A stretch of DNA of 64,000 bases, taken from assembly GCA_964448935.1 (NCBI GenBank), contig CAYVBE010000002.1:3594-67593 (forward strand), given 5' to 3'. Positions 26,794-36,467 of the stretch are shown piece by piece. The translations under genes and the position numbers were made by a program. The number at the start of each line of letters is the position of its first letter. The first letter of the stretch is position 1. A model generated the notes under the pieces. The model was given only the letters and a program-made list of their open reading frames with translations, did not search any database and was not told the DNA's origin. The stretch is from an uncultured candidatus Brocadiaceae bacterium. Its GTDB lineage: Bacteria > Planctomycetota > Brocadiia > SM23-32.

Positions 26794-28374
26794 ATGGGCA
26801 AAGTCACTCGCAGGGGTTTCTTGAAAGCCGGTTCGGCTCTGGGCGCGGGTGCCCTGCTTTCCTCTCTGGCTCGAACTACGCACGCTCAGGCGGCAGAGAG
26901 GCCGAATGTAGTTCTCATCTACACCGACGACCAGGCGATGAGCCAGTTCGGCTGCTACGGCGGCCAGCCGACGCCCAACATAGACCGGCTGGCGGAGAAC
27001 GGGGTCCGACTCGACCGCTACTACGCCTCCACCGCCCTCTGCGCGCCCAGCCGCTACGGGCTGCACACGGGTCGCTACGCCAGTTCCGCGCCGGGCACGC
27101 TGCGCAATTTCCCCGCCGGAACGTCGGTGTGTCTGATGCAGGAAATCGGCGACGAGCACAACCGCCCGCCGGAGTGCTGGAACATGCCCGCGGCCCTGCA
27201 GAACGCCGGCTACCGCACCGGTTTCGTCGGCAAATACCACCTGGGCTTCATGGACGAACGCGCCCGCACGGTCGGGGACACGTGTCTGGACGACCCGGAG
27301 AAACTCGAGAAGCTGCGCTACAACTTCGAGCTGGCTCAGAAGGGCTGCTACACCGGCGGCTACGACTACGCCGAGGGCCTCTACCACGACAACCCGCAGC
27401 CGGACAACTTCTACCGCGACGTCATGTATCACAACCAGGACTGGATAACATGGAACGCGCTGGAGTTCCTGGACGACTGCGGCGGGGATCCGTTCCTGCT
27501 GGTGATGAACCCCACGCTGGTCCACTGGCCCCCGGAGGAGGACTCTTTGAAGGCCGACCGCCGCATCACGCCCGTCGGCCGTGTTGACTTCCCGGAGGTC
27601 CAACCCTCTCGCGAGAGCGTGCTCAAACGCGCCAAAGAAGTGAACGCCGACGGCATCGGCTGGTACGGCGACAAGCACAAAGCGGGCGTGATCTGGCTGG
27701 ACGACGCGGTCGGTGTCATCGTGCGGCGCCTGGAGGAACTGGGCATCGCGGAGAACACCATGGTCCTCCTGATGTCCGACCACGGCCGCGACGCGAAGTG
27801 GACCTGCAAAGAGGGTGGAATCCGGGCCGGCGCCCTGGCCTACTGGCCCGGCAAAATCCAGCCGGGCTGCGTCAGCGAGGGGTTGGTGCAGAACGTGGAC
27901 ATCGCGCCGACCGTTCTGGACATCTGCGGCGTGGACCCGCTGCCCGGCACCGCCATGCACGGCGTCTCGGTGGCGGAGCACCTGCTGACCGGCGCGCCGA
28001 GCCCGCGCCAATATGCCTACGCGGAGATCGGCTACCAACGCACCGTGGTGGACGACAGTGGCCTGAAGTACGTGGCGCTCAGGTACCCGGAGCCCATCGA
28101 GGAGCAGCGGCGCGAGGGCGTCAAGTTCGACCTGCGGGGCCGGAGGGTGAAGGACCAGAGCAAGTCCGCCGCGCCCGTTGACGCCCTCTACAACATTGCC
28201 GAGGAACTGCCGCGCGAGGTGCCCCTGGCACAGTCCATCAAGAAGCCCGAGAGCGCGATGAGGAACCTGGCAGATGACCCGGCCCACGCGCGGGATATGG
28301 CCCGCCTGCAGGAGGCCCTCGGCGAGATCAGCCGCAAGCTACCCCACAGCTTTGGCGGGTTCAGCGACAAGTAA
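26794..28374 (+). CDS. Sulfatase (formylglycine-dependent) with Tat signal peptide
   Basis: MGKVTRRGFLKAGSALGAGALL...AQA is a twin-arginine signal. NVVLIYTDDQ and the CAPSR (CxPxR) formylglycine motif are present, as is the MSDHG block. Confidence 0.9.
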   Translation: MGKVTRRGFLKAGSALGAGALLSSLARTTHAQAAERPNVVLIYTDDQAMSQFGCYGGQPTPNIDRLAENGVRLDRYYASTALCAPSRYGLHTGRYASSAPGTLRNFPAGTSVCLMQEIGDEHNRPPECWNMPAALQNAGYRTGFVGKYHLGFMDERARTVGDTCLDDPEKLEKLRYNFELAQKGCYTGGYDYAEGLYHDNPQPDNFYRDVMYHNQDWITWNALEFLDDCGGDPFLLVMNPTLVHWPPEEDSLKADRRITPVGRVDFPEVQPSRESVLKRAKEVNADGIGWYGDKHKAGVIWLDDAVGVIVRRLEELGIAENTMVLLMSDHGRDAKWTCKEGGIRAGALAYWPGKIQPGCVSEGLVQNVDIAPTVLDICGVDPLPGTAMHGVSVAEHLLTGAPSPRQYAYAEIGYQRTVVDDSGLKYVALRYPEPIEEQRREGVKFDLRGRRVKDQSKSAAPVDALYNIAEELPREVPLAQSIKKPESAMRNLADDPAHARDMARLQEALGEISRKLPHSFGGFSDK

Positions 28375-28406
28375 TATGTGCAGGCTCTGGAGGTGCAACA
28401 GAGGTG

Positions 28407-29645
28407 ATGAAAGCAGTCCGACTGGAAGCGCACGAAGCAGTCCGGCCGCCGCGGGACCTGAGCGGCAAGTGGTGGAAGATCCGGCACAAATACGGCCTGA
28501 CGGAGACCGCCAGCTACGGCGAAACGATCGGTCGGCTGATGTTCGCCCTGAAGGTGACGACCGGCGACGGGCTGGAGGGTTTCAGCTACGGCGGCGGGGG
28601 CGTGCACTCCGGATCGTTCGGCATGGGCGGGCTGACCGGCAGCAGCCTGAACAACGAGCAGGACATCGAGGACGGCAGCGCGTTCGAGGCGCGGGCCGAA
28701 CGCCTGCGTGCGGCCTGGGAGCGCCTGCGGGGGGAGAACCTGTTGAACACGGAGAAGGTGCTCGCCCTGGCGGGCGGGCCGATGAGCACCTGCCTCTGGG
28801 ACCTGAAAGCAAAATGGGCCGGCCTGCCCGTCCATCAGTTGGCCGCCGGCTCCGGGCGGGAGCGCATCAAGGCATACGCCAGCTCCTACACCGATGTGGG
28901 CTCGCCCGAGGAGTACGCCGACCACGCGCAGGAATGCCTGGAGATGGGCTACCCGGCATACAAGCTCCATACGTACCGTTGCCTCGATCCGCGCACGATG
29001 ACGCTCGCCGGGCGTAATCTGGCGTCGCCCGACTATGATATCGAGGCGTGCCGTGCGGTCCGTGACCGCGTGGGCGACCGGATGGAGCTGATGCTGGACC
29101 CCGACACGGCCTATACGCTGGAGGAAGCGGTGCGGGTGGGCCGCGAACTGGAGGAGCTCGACTTCAAGTGGTTCGAGGCTCCCATGAATGAGCGCGACCA
29201 TCCCGAGCGCTACGCGGAACTGCGCGGGCGGGTGAACGTGCCGATCTGCGGGCCGGAGAGCGTGCCCGGGTCGTTCTACGCGCGGGCCGAGTGGCTGCAC
29301 AACGGCTGGACCGATATTGTGCGACCCGGCGGCGGCATTTCGCCCATGCTCAAGTGCATGGCCCTGGCGCAGGCGCACCACACGCAGTGCGAGACACACG
29401 GGGGCGGCTTCACGCGGGTCCACGCGATTGCCGCCTATCCCGAGACGGTGAGCGAGTATTACGAGATGTTTCTTGTGACGCCGGGAGTCGAGCACCTCGG
29501 TTTCGGCTTTGTGCCCGGCGGCGCTCCGGCGTTCGAGAACGGAGAGATAATCGTCCCGCAGACGCCGGGGCTCGGATTCAGCGACGAACTGTGGGAATAC
29601 GCAGTGGAGAACAGCGTGCGATCGTTTGAACTGGACGATTCTTAG
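28407..29645 (+). CDS. Enolase-superfamily enzyme (mandelate racemase/muconate lactonizing family; likely sugar-acid dehydratase)
   Basis: LMLDPDTAYTLEEA...LDFKWFEAPMNERD...VPICGPES is the metal-ligand pattern of the MR/MLE family. ATG 28407 (track GTG 28404). Confidence 0.85.
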   Translation: MKAVRLEAHEAVRPPRDLSGKWWKIRHKYGLTETASYGETIGRLMFALKVTTGDGLEGFSYGGGGVHSGSFGMGGLTGSSLNNEQDIEDGSAFEARAERLRAAWERLRGENLLNTEKVLALAGGPMSTCLWDLKAKWAGLPVHQLAAGSGRERIKAYASSYTDVGSPEEYADHAQECLEMGYPAYKLHTYRCLDPRTMTLAGRNLASPDYDIEACRAVRDRVGDRMELMLDPDTAYTLEEAVRVGRELEELDFKWFEAPMNERDHPERYAELRGRVNVPICGPESVPGSFYARAEWLHNGWTDIVRPGGGISPMLKCMALAQAHHTQCETHGGGFTRVHAIAAYPETVSEYYEMFLVTPGVEHLGFGFVPGGAPAFENGEIIVPQTPGLGFSDELWEYAVENSVRSFELDDS

Positions 29646-29669
29646 AGACTGCCATTCAGGAGAAAGCCG

Positions 29670-30575
29670 ATGGAACAGATAACGGGGGCCGTGCCGGTTC
29701 TGGAGACGCCGTTCACCGCGGACGGATCGCGGGTGGATGAGGAGGACCTGCGGGCAGTTGTGGAAGCCGTGATCAACGACGGCGCAGCGGGCCTGATGGT
29801 CTTCGGCTTCGCAACGGAGTTCACGAAGCTTTCGGAAGCCGAGCGGGAGAGGATGCTGGAAGTCGTGCTGGAGACCGCCGCGGGTCGCATTCCCGTGATA
29901 CCATCGGTGACGGAGACGACGGCCGCCGGGGCGATCGCGGCCGCCGGGAAATACGCCGCCATGGGGGCAGACGCCGTGATGGCGCTGCCGCGTTTTGAGG
30001 ACGACTTTGTGCCCGCAATGCAAGCAGTGGCGGAGGAAATCAGCGAAGACCTGCCGCTGTACGTGCAGGTGACTTCCGACGGCGCGGGGGGGCCGGTGAC
30101 CGTCGAGGACCTCGTGAAGCTGAGCGATTCGATCCCCAACACGCTGGCGGTCAAGGCGGAACCGGTGCCGCTGGGACCGTTCATCACCACCGTGCACCGG
30201 GAGTCGCAGGGCCGCATTGCCCTCTACACGGGCAATCAGGGAATCGACCTGTATGAAGCTCTTGACCGCGGCGCCGTGGGCGTTATGCCGGGCTGCTCGA
30301 TGGTCGGCGTCTACGAGAGAATCGTGCGGGAGTTCCTGCAGGGGTCAAAGGACACGGCCTTCGATCTCTACAACCGCCTTGTGCCCTACCTGAACGCCTT
30401 CCACGGGCCGCACGAGCTGGCTTTCGAGAAGCGCATCCTGGTGAAGCGCGGCATCTTCAAGACGCCCTTCTGCCGAAGCCACAAAGGTGGCGGCAACATG
30501 GACGCCTACACCGAGGCATACCTCTGGAAGTACTACGATTACCTGAGGGAGCAGTTCCCGCGGGAAATCGCGTGA
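29670..30575 (+). CDS. DapA/NAL-family class I aldolase (likely 2-keto-3-deoxy-sugar-acid aldolase)
   Basis: PVLETPFTADG...VDEEDL...GLMVFGFATE...LAVKAE (Lys context). AGGAGA SD 6 nt upstream. Lies directly after the dehydratase. Confidence 0.8.
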   Translation: MEQITGAVPVLETPFTADGSRVDEEDLRAVVEAVINDGAAGLMVFGFATEFTKLSEAERERMLEVVLETAAGRIPVIPSVTETTAAGAIAAAGKYAAMGADAVMALPRFEDDFVPAMQAVAEEISEDLPLYVQVTSDGAGGPVTVEDLVKLSDSIPNTLAVKAEPVPLGPFITTVHRESQGRIALYTGNQGIDLYEALDRGAVGVMPGCSMVGVYERIVREFLQGSKDTAFDLYNRLVPYLNAFHGPHELAFEKRILVKRGIFKTPFCRSHKGGGNMDAYTEAYLWKYYDYLREQFPREIA

Positions 30576-30589
30576 TCCGACCGCCACGA

Positions 30590-30617
30590 TTGCAGCGGAA
30601 TGTGGGCGTGGTACAAT
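30590..30617 (+). promoter_or_regulatory. Candidate promoter of the thioredoxin-like gene (TTGCAG-16 nt-TACAAT, TG-extended)
   Basis: -35 at 30590-30595 and -10 at 30612-30617. A GTCGCC-gttc-GGCGAC hairpin follows in the leader. AAGGAG SD at 30667-30672. Confidence 0.55.
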
Positions 30618-30680
30618 CACCTGTAGTCGCCGTTCGGCGACGTCTGTTCTCGTGGGGCTTTTTCGGAAGGAGACGGAACG

Positions 30681-31259
30681 ATGGTCGAGACAGCATCCAC
30701 CATGCTGCCGCTCGGGACCGAGGCGCCGGACTTCGAGCTGCCCGACACCGCGGGCAACACGGTACGCCCGGGCGACTTCGACGACGCGCCCGGGCTGCTG
30801 GTCGTGTTCATGTGCAACCACTGCCCTTATGTGAAACACGTGCGCGAGGGTCTGGTCGAGCTGGCCCGGGAATACATGGACAAGGGCGTCGCCGTAGTTG
30901 CGATCAACTCCAACGATGTGGACGCCTACCCGCAGGACAGCCCGGAGCGGATGAAGGAGGAGGCGGAGGATTACGGCTATCCCTTCCCCTACCTCTACGA
31001 CGAGACGCAGGAAGTGGCAAAGGCGTATCGCGCCGCCTGCACGCCGGACTTCTACGTCTTCGACGAGGACCGGAAGCTCGTCTATCGTGGTCAGATGGAC
31101 GACAGCCGACCGGGCAGCGACGTCCCGGTCACCGGCAAGGACCTGCGGGCGGCGCTGGACGCCGTGCTGGAGGGCCGCCCCGTTCCGGGCGACCAGAAAC
31201 CCAGCGCGGGCTGCAACATCAAGTGGACACCCGGACAGGAGCCGGACTACTTCGGCTGA
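30681..31259 (+). CDS. Thioredoxin-fold redoxin (AhpC/TSA-like, CxxC type)
   Basis: GTEAPDFELPDTAGNTV...LLVVFMCNHCPYV...VVAINSND...TPDFYVFD. Confidence 0.85.
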   Translation: MVETASTMLPLGTEAPDFELPDTAGNTVRPGDFDDAPGLLVVFMCNHCPYVKHVREGLVELAREYMDKGVAVVAINSNDVDAYPQDSPERMKEEAEDYGYPFPYLYDETQEVAKAYRAACTPDFYVFDEDRKLVYRGQMDDSRPGSDVPVTGKDLRAALDAVLEGRPVPGDQKPSAGCNIKWTPGQEPDYFG

Positions 31260-31287
31260 TGGCCGGCGCGGTTCGCAGCGAGGGAAG

Positions 31288-32088
31288 TCAGTCCGCGGTC
31301 GCCTGCTCGCGGAACTCCGTCGGTGTCATGCCAGTGGCCTGCCGGAAGGCCGTCGCGAAATAGCGCGGGTCGGGGTACCCCACGCGCCGGGCCACCTGTC
31401 CGACGGAAAGATACCGCGAGGCGAGCAGCAGCCTTTGCGCCTCCTGCATGCGGAGGCGGATGACATATTGCCACGGGCTGAGTTCGAAGCGCCGGTTCCA
31501 CCACCGCCGGAACGTGGCCGGGCTGAACCCGAAGCGTTCGGCGATCTCTGCCACCTCGAACGCCTCGGCCAGGTGCTCGCGCATCCACTGTTCGGCGGCG
31601 TAGATGCCCCGCAGGGGCTCCCGCCCTACCCTTTCCCCGCTGCCGTAGCGGGCGGCCAGCAACATCACCGGTGCCAGCGCGTCGAGTTGATCCACTACGC
31701 CGGGCACAGCCGGGTTCTCCAGCAGCCGGAGCGCCCGGTTCAGGTGGGCGCGGACCGCCGCGGGGTCTTCCATCGGCAGCGGCCCCTCGGGCCATCCCGA
31801 GAGATGCAGGCTGACCGGCGGCGTGTCGAACACCATGTGGCACTCGTCCCACGTCTCATCCGGACCGTATCGGTAGCGCTGCCCCGCCCGCGCCAGCAGC
31901 AGGAACGGCGCCTCCAGCCGCTCGCTCCGCCCGGCCTGCTCCAGACGCCCGTCACCGCGGAAGACGAACATGGCCGCCCAGCGGGCAAACCGGTGGTCCA
32001 CCTGGCCCCGCAGGCCGGGCCTCCAGCCCATCAGGTAGAGCCGTAGCCCGTCGGTCTCGCGCGGATAGCCTTCCAGAAAGGTGATCAT
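31288..32088 (-). CDS. AraC family transcriptional regulator
   Basis: C-terminal double HTH: VAEIAERFGFSPATFRRWWNRRFELSPWQYVIRLRMQEAQRLL...VGQVARRVGYPDPRYFATAFRQATGMTPTEFR. Confidence 0.9.
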   Translation of the reverse strand: MITFLEGYPRETDGLRLYLMGWRPGLRGQVDHRFARWAAMFVFRGDGRLEQAGRSERLEAPFLLLARAGQRYRYGPDETWDECHMVFDTPPVSLHLSGWPEGPLPMEDPAAVRAHLNRALRLLENPAVPGVVDQLDALAPVMLLAARYGSGERVGREPLRGIYAAEQWMREHLAEAFEVAEIAERFGFSPATFRRWWNRRFELSPWQYVIRLRMQEAQRLLLASRYLSVGQVARRVGYPDPRYFATAFRQATGMTPTEFREQATAD

Positions 32089-32230
32089 TATTTCAACATA
32101 TTTGACGCTGAATCGAACATGCTTCCGTTACACCCGGCATGGCCTCTCCCCTACAATATAGAGCATGAGGTTGTGAGACTGCAACTGCCTATACGCCGCA
32201 GAAGATGCGTTCAGCGCGAGGAATCCCGGA

Positions 32231-34720
32231 ATGATGTCGTTCCAATCCGACCATAAAGGGGTTACGAAACGCACCCTCCGTCTGCTCACAGTCGCCGCAC
32301 TGGCTCTGAGCGTTTTCTGCACCACCGGCGCGCTGGCGGGGCAGCAGGAAGGCGTGATCGAACAGGCGCTGGCCGGCCCCCTCTCGGACGTGGAGGAGAT
32401 CATCTTCGCGGTGCGGGGGCACGTGAAGAACCTGCATTACTACGAGAATTACGGGCGGCTGTACGGGGACAATTTCCACATCGCACAAGGCGGCGGGCGG
32501 CTCTGCCGTATGAAGCTGCGCACGCGCGAGGTCACCGACGTCCTGAACGACCCGGCGGGCGCGGTGCGCGATCCGCAGGTGCACTACAGCGGGCAGAAGA
32601 TACTGTTCAGCTACCGCCCGGGGGGCGAAACGCGCTACCACCTGTATGAGATCGGCGTGGACGGCACGGGCCTGACGCAGCTCACCGACGGCGATGAGGA
32701 CGACGTCGAGCCCACCTACATGCCGGACGGGCGCATCATGTTCATCAGCACCCGCGGCCACCGCCGTGTGCCCTGCTGGAGCAGCCAGGCGGGGATCCTC
32801 TACCGTTGCGACGCCGACGGATCGAACATCGTCTGCCTGTCCGCCAGCGTGGAACACGAAAACACCCCCTGGATGCTGCCGGACGGCCGCGTGCTCTATA
32901 CGCGCTGGGAATACGTGGACCGCGACGAGGTGGCATTCCACCACCTATGGGTCATCAACCCGGATGGCACCCGCCAGATGACCTTCTATGGCAACATGCA
33001 CAAACACGGCAACTGCGTTGCCATGCTGGACGCCAAGCCGGTGCCCGGCACGGGCAAAGTAGTCTGCACCTACGCCTTCCACAACACGGCCGAGCACGGC
33101 GGCGAGGTGCGCGTGATAGATCCGGACAGGGGCCCCGACCATCTGAACTCGGCTAAACTCGTAAGTGACGAATACCCCGAATCCATCGGCCGCCTGGGCC
33201 ACACCAGCAACGGCTGGCGCGACCGGTATCCCGTCAGCGAGGACTGCTTCCTGGTGGCCAGCCAGAAGAGCCTCTACGTGATGGACGGCGCAGGCAACTG
33301 GGAGCGGCTCTACGAGCACAATGAGGGAACCGAGAAGCTTTGGGTACACGAACCCCGTCCCCTGCTGCCCCGTCCTCGCGAGGACGTCATCGTTGACACC
33401 ACCGACTGGAGCAAAGGCCACGGCACTCTCGCGCTCTACGAGGCGCACACGGGGCGGAAAATGGACGGCGTCGAGCCCGGCACGATCAAAGAGCTTCTGA
33501 TCATGGAGGAGCTGCCCAAGTCGGTCAGCTACAGCGTGGACATGGACGCCACCAGCCTGGACGGCACCTTCCTGCTGCACCGCATCGTCGGCAAGGTCCC
33601 GGTTGAGGAGGACGGCTCGGCGTATTTCGACCTGCCGGCCAATCGGGGGTTCTTCTTCGTGGCGCTGGACGATGAGGGCCGCGCCGTGAAGCGCATGATG
33701 AGTTTCACCAGCGTGGCCCCCGGCGAGACGACGAGTTGTGTCGGCTGTCATGAGCCCCGCACCATGGCTCCCCCGCCCGACCCGCATCGCAGGATGCCTG
33801 CCGCCATGCGGCGCGCGCCCAGCGCTGTGCAGCCGTTGGAAGGCGTGCCGCAGATCATTGACTACAACCGCGACATCCAGCCTATCTGGGACAGGAACTG
33901 CGTCAGTTGCCATAACTACGACGAGTACGCGGGTGAACTCAGCCTGACGGGGGCCTCCAGTCCGAGCTTCGTCCACAGCTATCTGAACCTGCACTATGAG
34001 GGCCTCATAAGCCACGGCCGTCAGGGCCTGGGCAACCGCGCTCCCTACAGCATTGGCGCCCACGCCAGCCGCCTGTGGGACGTGCTGGAGGAGGAGCACA
34101 AAGACGTGAAGCTCAATCCCACCGAACTGAAGATGGTGCGGTACTGGATCGAGTCCAGCGCTGCATACGCCGGCACTCTGGCGGGCCTGGGTATGCGCTA
34201 CCGCAAAATCCGCGTCAAGATTGACGACGAAAAATACGAGAACAGGTGCGGAACCTGCCACTCCCCCGGCGACATCAAGGGGCGCTGGCTCACCGGTTGG
34301 TCTCGGGTGCGAGACCGCAGATACAACCTGAGTCATCCGGAAAAGTCGCTGGTTCTGCTGGCGCCGTTGGCGAAGGAGGCCGGCGGGCTGGGCCTCTGCG
34401 AGCAGCGGGAACCTCAGCCCCATCCGCTGGCACCCGATGAGAAAGAAGCCGAGGCGCCGCCTGCGGAGGTCTTCACAAGCAAGGAAGACCCGTTCTACCG
34501 AGAGATACTGGCCGCCCTGCGGGACGCCGCCGAGCAGCGGCGGAGGATGCCGGAGTACTTCAAGCCGGGCTTTGAGCCCTGGCGCGCCTACCCTGAGGTC
34601 ATGAAGCGGTTCGGCATATTGCCAGAGGACTGGCACGCCGGTGGCGCCGGCCTGGAGGATTACTGCCGCATAGACCAGAAGTACTGGGAACACCTCTGGC
34701 ACATGCCGGAGTCCGAGTAA
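32231..34720 (+). CDS. Secreted TolB/PD40-like beta-propeller protein with three C-terminal CXXCH motifs (PSCyt-like)
   Basis: Signal peptide LLTVAALALSVFCTTGALAG. PD40-like repeats (PDGRIMFISTRG, PDGRVLYTRWEY). CVGCH at 33737-33751, CVSCH at 33899-33913 (context DIQPIWDRNCVSCH resembles the planctomycete cytochrome-c PSCyt motif), CGTCH at 34247-34261. Confidence 0.8.
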   Translation: MMSFQSDHKGVTKRTLRLLTVAALALSVFCTTGALAGQQEGVIEQALAGPLSDVEEIIFAVRGHVKNLHYYENYGRLYGDNFHIAQGGGRLCRMKLRTREVTDVLNDPAGAVRDPQVHYSGQKILFSYRPGGETRYHLYEIGVDGTGLTQLTDGDEDDVEPTYMPDGRIMFISTRGHRRVPCWSSQAGILYRCDADGSNIVCLSASVEHENTPWMLPDGRVLYTRWEYVDRDEVAFHHLWVINPDGTRQMTFYGNMHKHGNCVAMLDAKPVPGTGKVVCTYAFHNTAEHGGEVRVIDPDRGPDHLNSAKLVSDEYPESIGRLGHTSNGWRDRYPVSEDCFLVASQKSLYVMDGAGNWERLYEHNEGTEKLWVHEPRPLLPRPREDVIVDTTDWSKGHGTLALYEAHTGRKMDGVEPGTIKELLIMEELPKSVSYSVDMDATSLDGTFLLHRIVGKVPVEEDGSAYFDLPANRGFFFVALDDEGRAVKRMMSFTSVAPGETTSCVGCHEPRTMAPPPDPHRRMPAAMRRAPSAVQPLEGVPQIIDYNRDIQPIWDRNCVSCHNYDEYAGELSLTGASSPSFVHSYLNLHYEGLISHGRQGLGNRAPYSIGAHASRLWDVLEEEHKDVKLNPTELKMVRYWIESSAAYAGTLAGLGMRYRKIRVKIDDEKYENRCGTCHSPGDIKGRWLTGWSRVRDRRYNLSHPEKSLVLLAPLAKEAGGLGLCEQREPQPHPLAPDEKEAEAPPAEVFTSKEDPFYREILAALRDAAEQRRRMPEYFKPGFEPWRAYPEVMKRFGILPEDWHAGGAGLEDYCRIDQKYWEHLWHMPESE

Positions 34721-34767
34721 GCCAGCCCCGGCTTTCAACCAAGCGTAGAGAGGCAGAACATCCGAAA

Positions 34768-36444
34768 ATGAGACGATACGCAATTTTGGCGGTACTTGCC
34801 CTGGCGGGCGTGGTTTGCGGCGCTCAGCCGTTGCAATGGCCCGTGGACCACAGCCGCAACCCTGCCATGGAGGTTCGGGACCTGCCCTCTGAACTCTCGG
34901 AAGAGAATCTGGTCTGGGAGTTCGATGTCAGGGGCGGCTCGCAGTTCGCCATGCCCGTCATCGCGGGGGAGCGACTGCTTCTCGGCAGCACGCAGCGCAG
35001 CCTGCTTCACGATGAGCTGGCCCGCCTGAACCGTGAGCAGTCCGGCGGGTCCCTGATATGTCTGGACCGCCTGACCGGGGACCTCGAATGGGAACTGCTG
35101 GCTCCCGGCCTGGGCAGTATCGGAAGCTACGGGATGTACGGCATCTGCAACACGCCCCTGGTGGACGGCGAACGCGCCTATGTCGTTGACCCGCTGGGCA
35201 GCCTGCTGTGCCTGGACATGAACGGCCAGGCCGACGGTAACGACGGGCCCTTCACCGACGAAGTGGCCTACATGGCCAACACGGGCCGCCACATCCTGAA
35301 AGACCGCGTGCTGGAGGATCCACCCCCGGCCAAGATGAAGCCGAAATACGGCGACATCATCTGGAAGTTCGAGTTCCTGGAACGCTTCCAGCTTGCCTGG
35401 AAGCACGCGTTCAGCGGCACCATGATCATGGACGGCAACATGATCTACCTGCCGACCAGCAACAGCCAGACCGTGCTGGTGAAGCATGAGGGAAAGGCCG
35501 TGAACATCGGCTACTCGCGCAGAGGCAAGCCCGAGGAGCACGCCGGCGGCAAGGAGCGGCCCAACATCCTGGTGGTGGACAAAAACAGCGGGCGGCTGGT
35601 AGCGCACGACACCGCCTACTTGCGCCGCGTGGACCACGGCCAGTGGGGCACGCCGAGCATGGGCGTCATGAGCGGAGAGAAGGTGCTGCTGTTCGGCGAC
35701 GGCTGGGGCATCCTGCACGCCTTCCGCGCGCTGGAGCCCGAGGACGTGCAGCAGGACCGAGTGGTTGAGCTGGAGGAGGTCTGGAGTTTCGACTGCGTCC
35801 CCCCCGAGAACCGCGCCGGAGGCCACGGCAAACTCGAATACACCCACCGCCACGGCCGAGGCGACGCCCCGACCAGCGACGAACCCATGATGGCCAACAT
35901 CATGGCAGCCCCCTGCGTGGCCGACGGACGCATCTACATCGCCATCAGCCGCGATCACAACTACGGCATCTCGCCCGGCGCGCTCTGGTGCCTGGAGCCT
36001 AAAGGTCAGGGCCGACTGGGCGAGGAGTCCGTGGTATGGAGCAGCCGCTATGTGCAGACGGGCATGGCCACGCCGGCCGTGGCCGACGGGCTGTGCTACT
36101 ACAACGACTCGCTGGGACAACTCCACTGCTTCGACGCGGTCACGGGCGAGAAGCTCTGGACGCACAGGTTCCCGGCCGGCACCTATTATTGCGACCCCTT
36201 CGTGGCCGACGGCAAGGTCTACCTGGGATCCGACCGCGGGCATGCCGTCCTGGGGCACGGCCGCACGAAGAAGGTCCTCTGGGAAGGCCGCCTGAGCGGC
36301 GCCGAGCCGCGCACGCCCGTGGCCGTGGACGGCCTCCTCTACGTGCCCACGAACCGCCGCCTCTACCTGTTCGCCGGACCCGAGTGGCAAAAGGCCCACC
36401 CGAACCTGATGAACCAGGGCGAGATCGAGCCGCTCGGGGAGTAG
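34768..36444 (+). CDS. Secreted PQQ-like beta-propeller repeat protein (BamB-like fold)
   Basis: Signal peptide MRRYAILAVLALAGVVCGAQ. Propeller-blade repeats (…LICLDRLTGDLEWE…, …LHCFDAVTGEKLWTH…, ADGKVYLGS, VDGLLYVPT). Confidence 0.8.
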   Translation: MRRYAILAVLALAGVVCGAQPLQWPVDHSRNPAMEVRDLPSELSEENLVWEFDVRGGSQFAMPVIAGERLLLGSTQRSLLHDELARLNREQSGGSLICLDRLTGDLEWELLAPGLGSIGSYGMYGICNTPLVDGERAYVVDPLGSLLCLDMNGQADGNDGPFTDEVAYMANTGRHILKDRVLEDPPPAKMKPKYGDIIWKFEFLERFQLAWKHAFSGTMIMDGNMIYLPTSNSQTVLVKHEGKAVNIGYSRRGKPEEHAGGKERPNILVVDKNSGRLVAHDTAYLRRVDHGQWGTPSMGVMSGEKVLLFGDGWGILHAFRALEPEDVQQDRVVELEEVWSFDCVPPENRAGGHGKLEYTHRHGRGDAPTSDEPMMANIMAAPCVADGRIYIAISRDHNYGISPGALWCLEPKGQGRLGEESVVWSSRYVQTGMATPAVADGLCYYNDSLGQLHCFDAVTGEKLWTHRFPAGTYYCDPFVADGKVYLGSDRGHAVLGHGRTKKVLWEGRLSGAEPRTPVAVDGLLYVPTNRRLYLFAGPEWQKAHPNLMNQGEIEPLGE

Positions 36445-36467
36445 AACTCCGCGCGCTTAACAGCCCG

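Noticed and set aside
26761-28287. 508-aa minus-strand ORF opposite the sulfatase, and 28188..30197 (669 aa) opposite the dehydratase and aldolase
   Set aside because: The plus-strand genes carry Tat-signal/CxPxR and MR/MLE/DapA signatures. The antisense translations are His/Arg/Gly/Val-rich shadows.
32945-36399. 612-aa and 554-aa minus-strand ORFs (32945..34783 and 34735..36399)
   Set aside because: They are antisense to the TolB-like/CXXCH and PQQ-propeller genes, which have signal peptides and repeat signatures. They show shadow-ORF composition.
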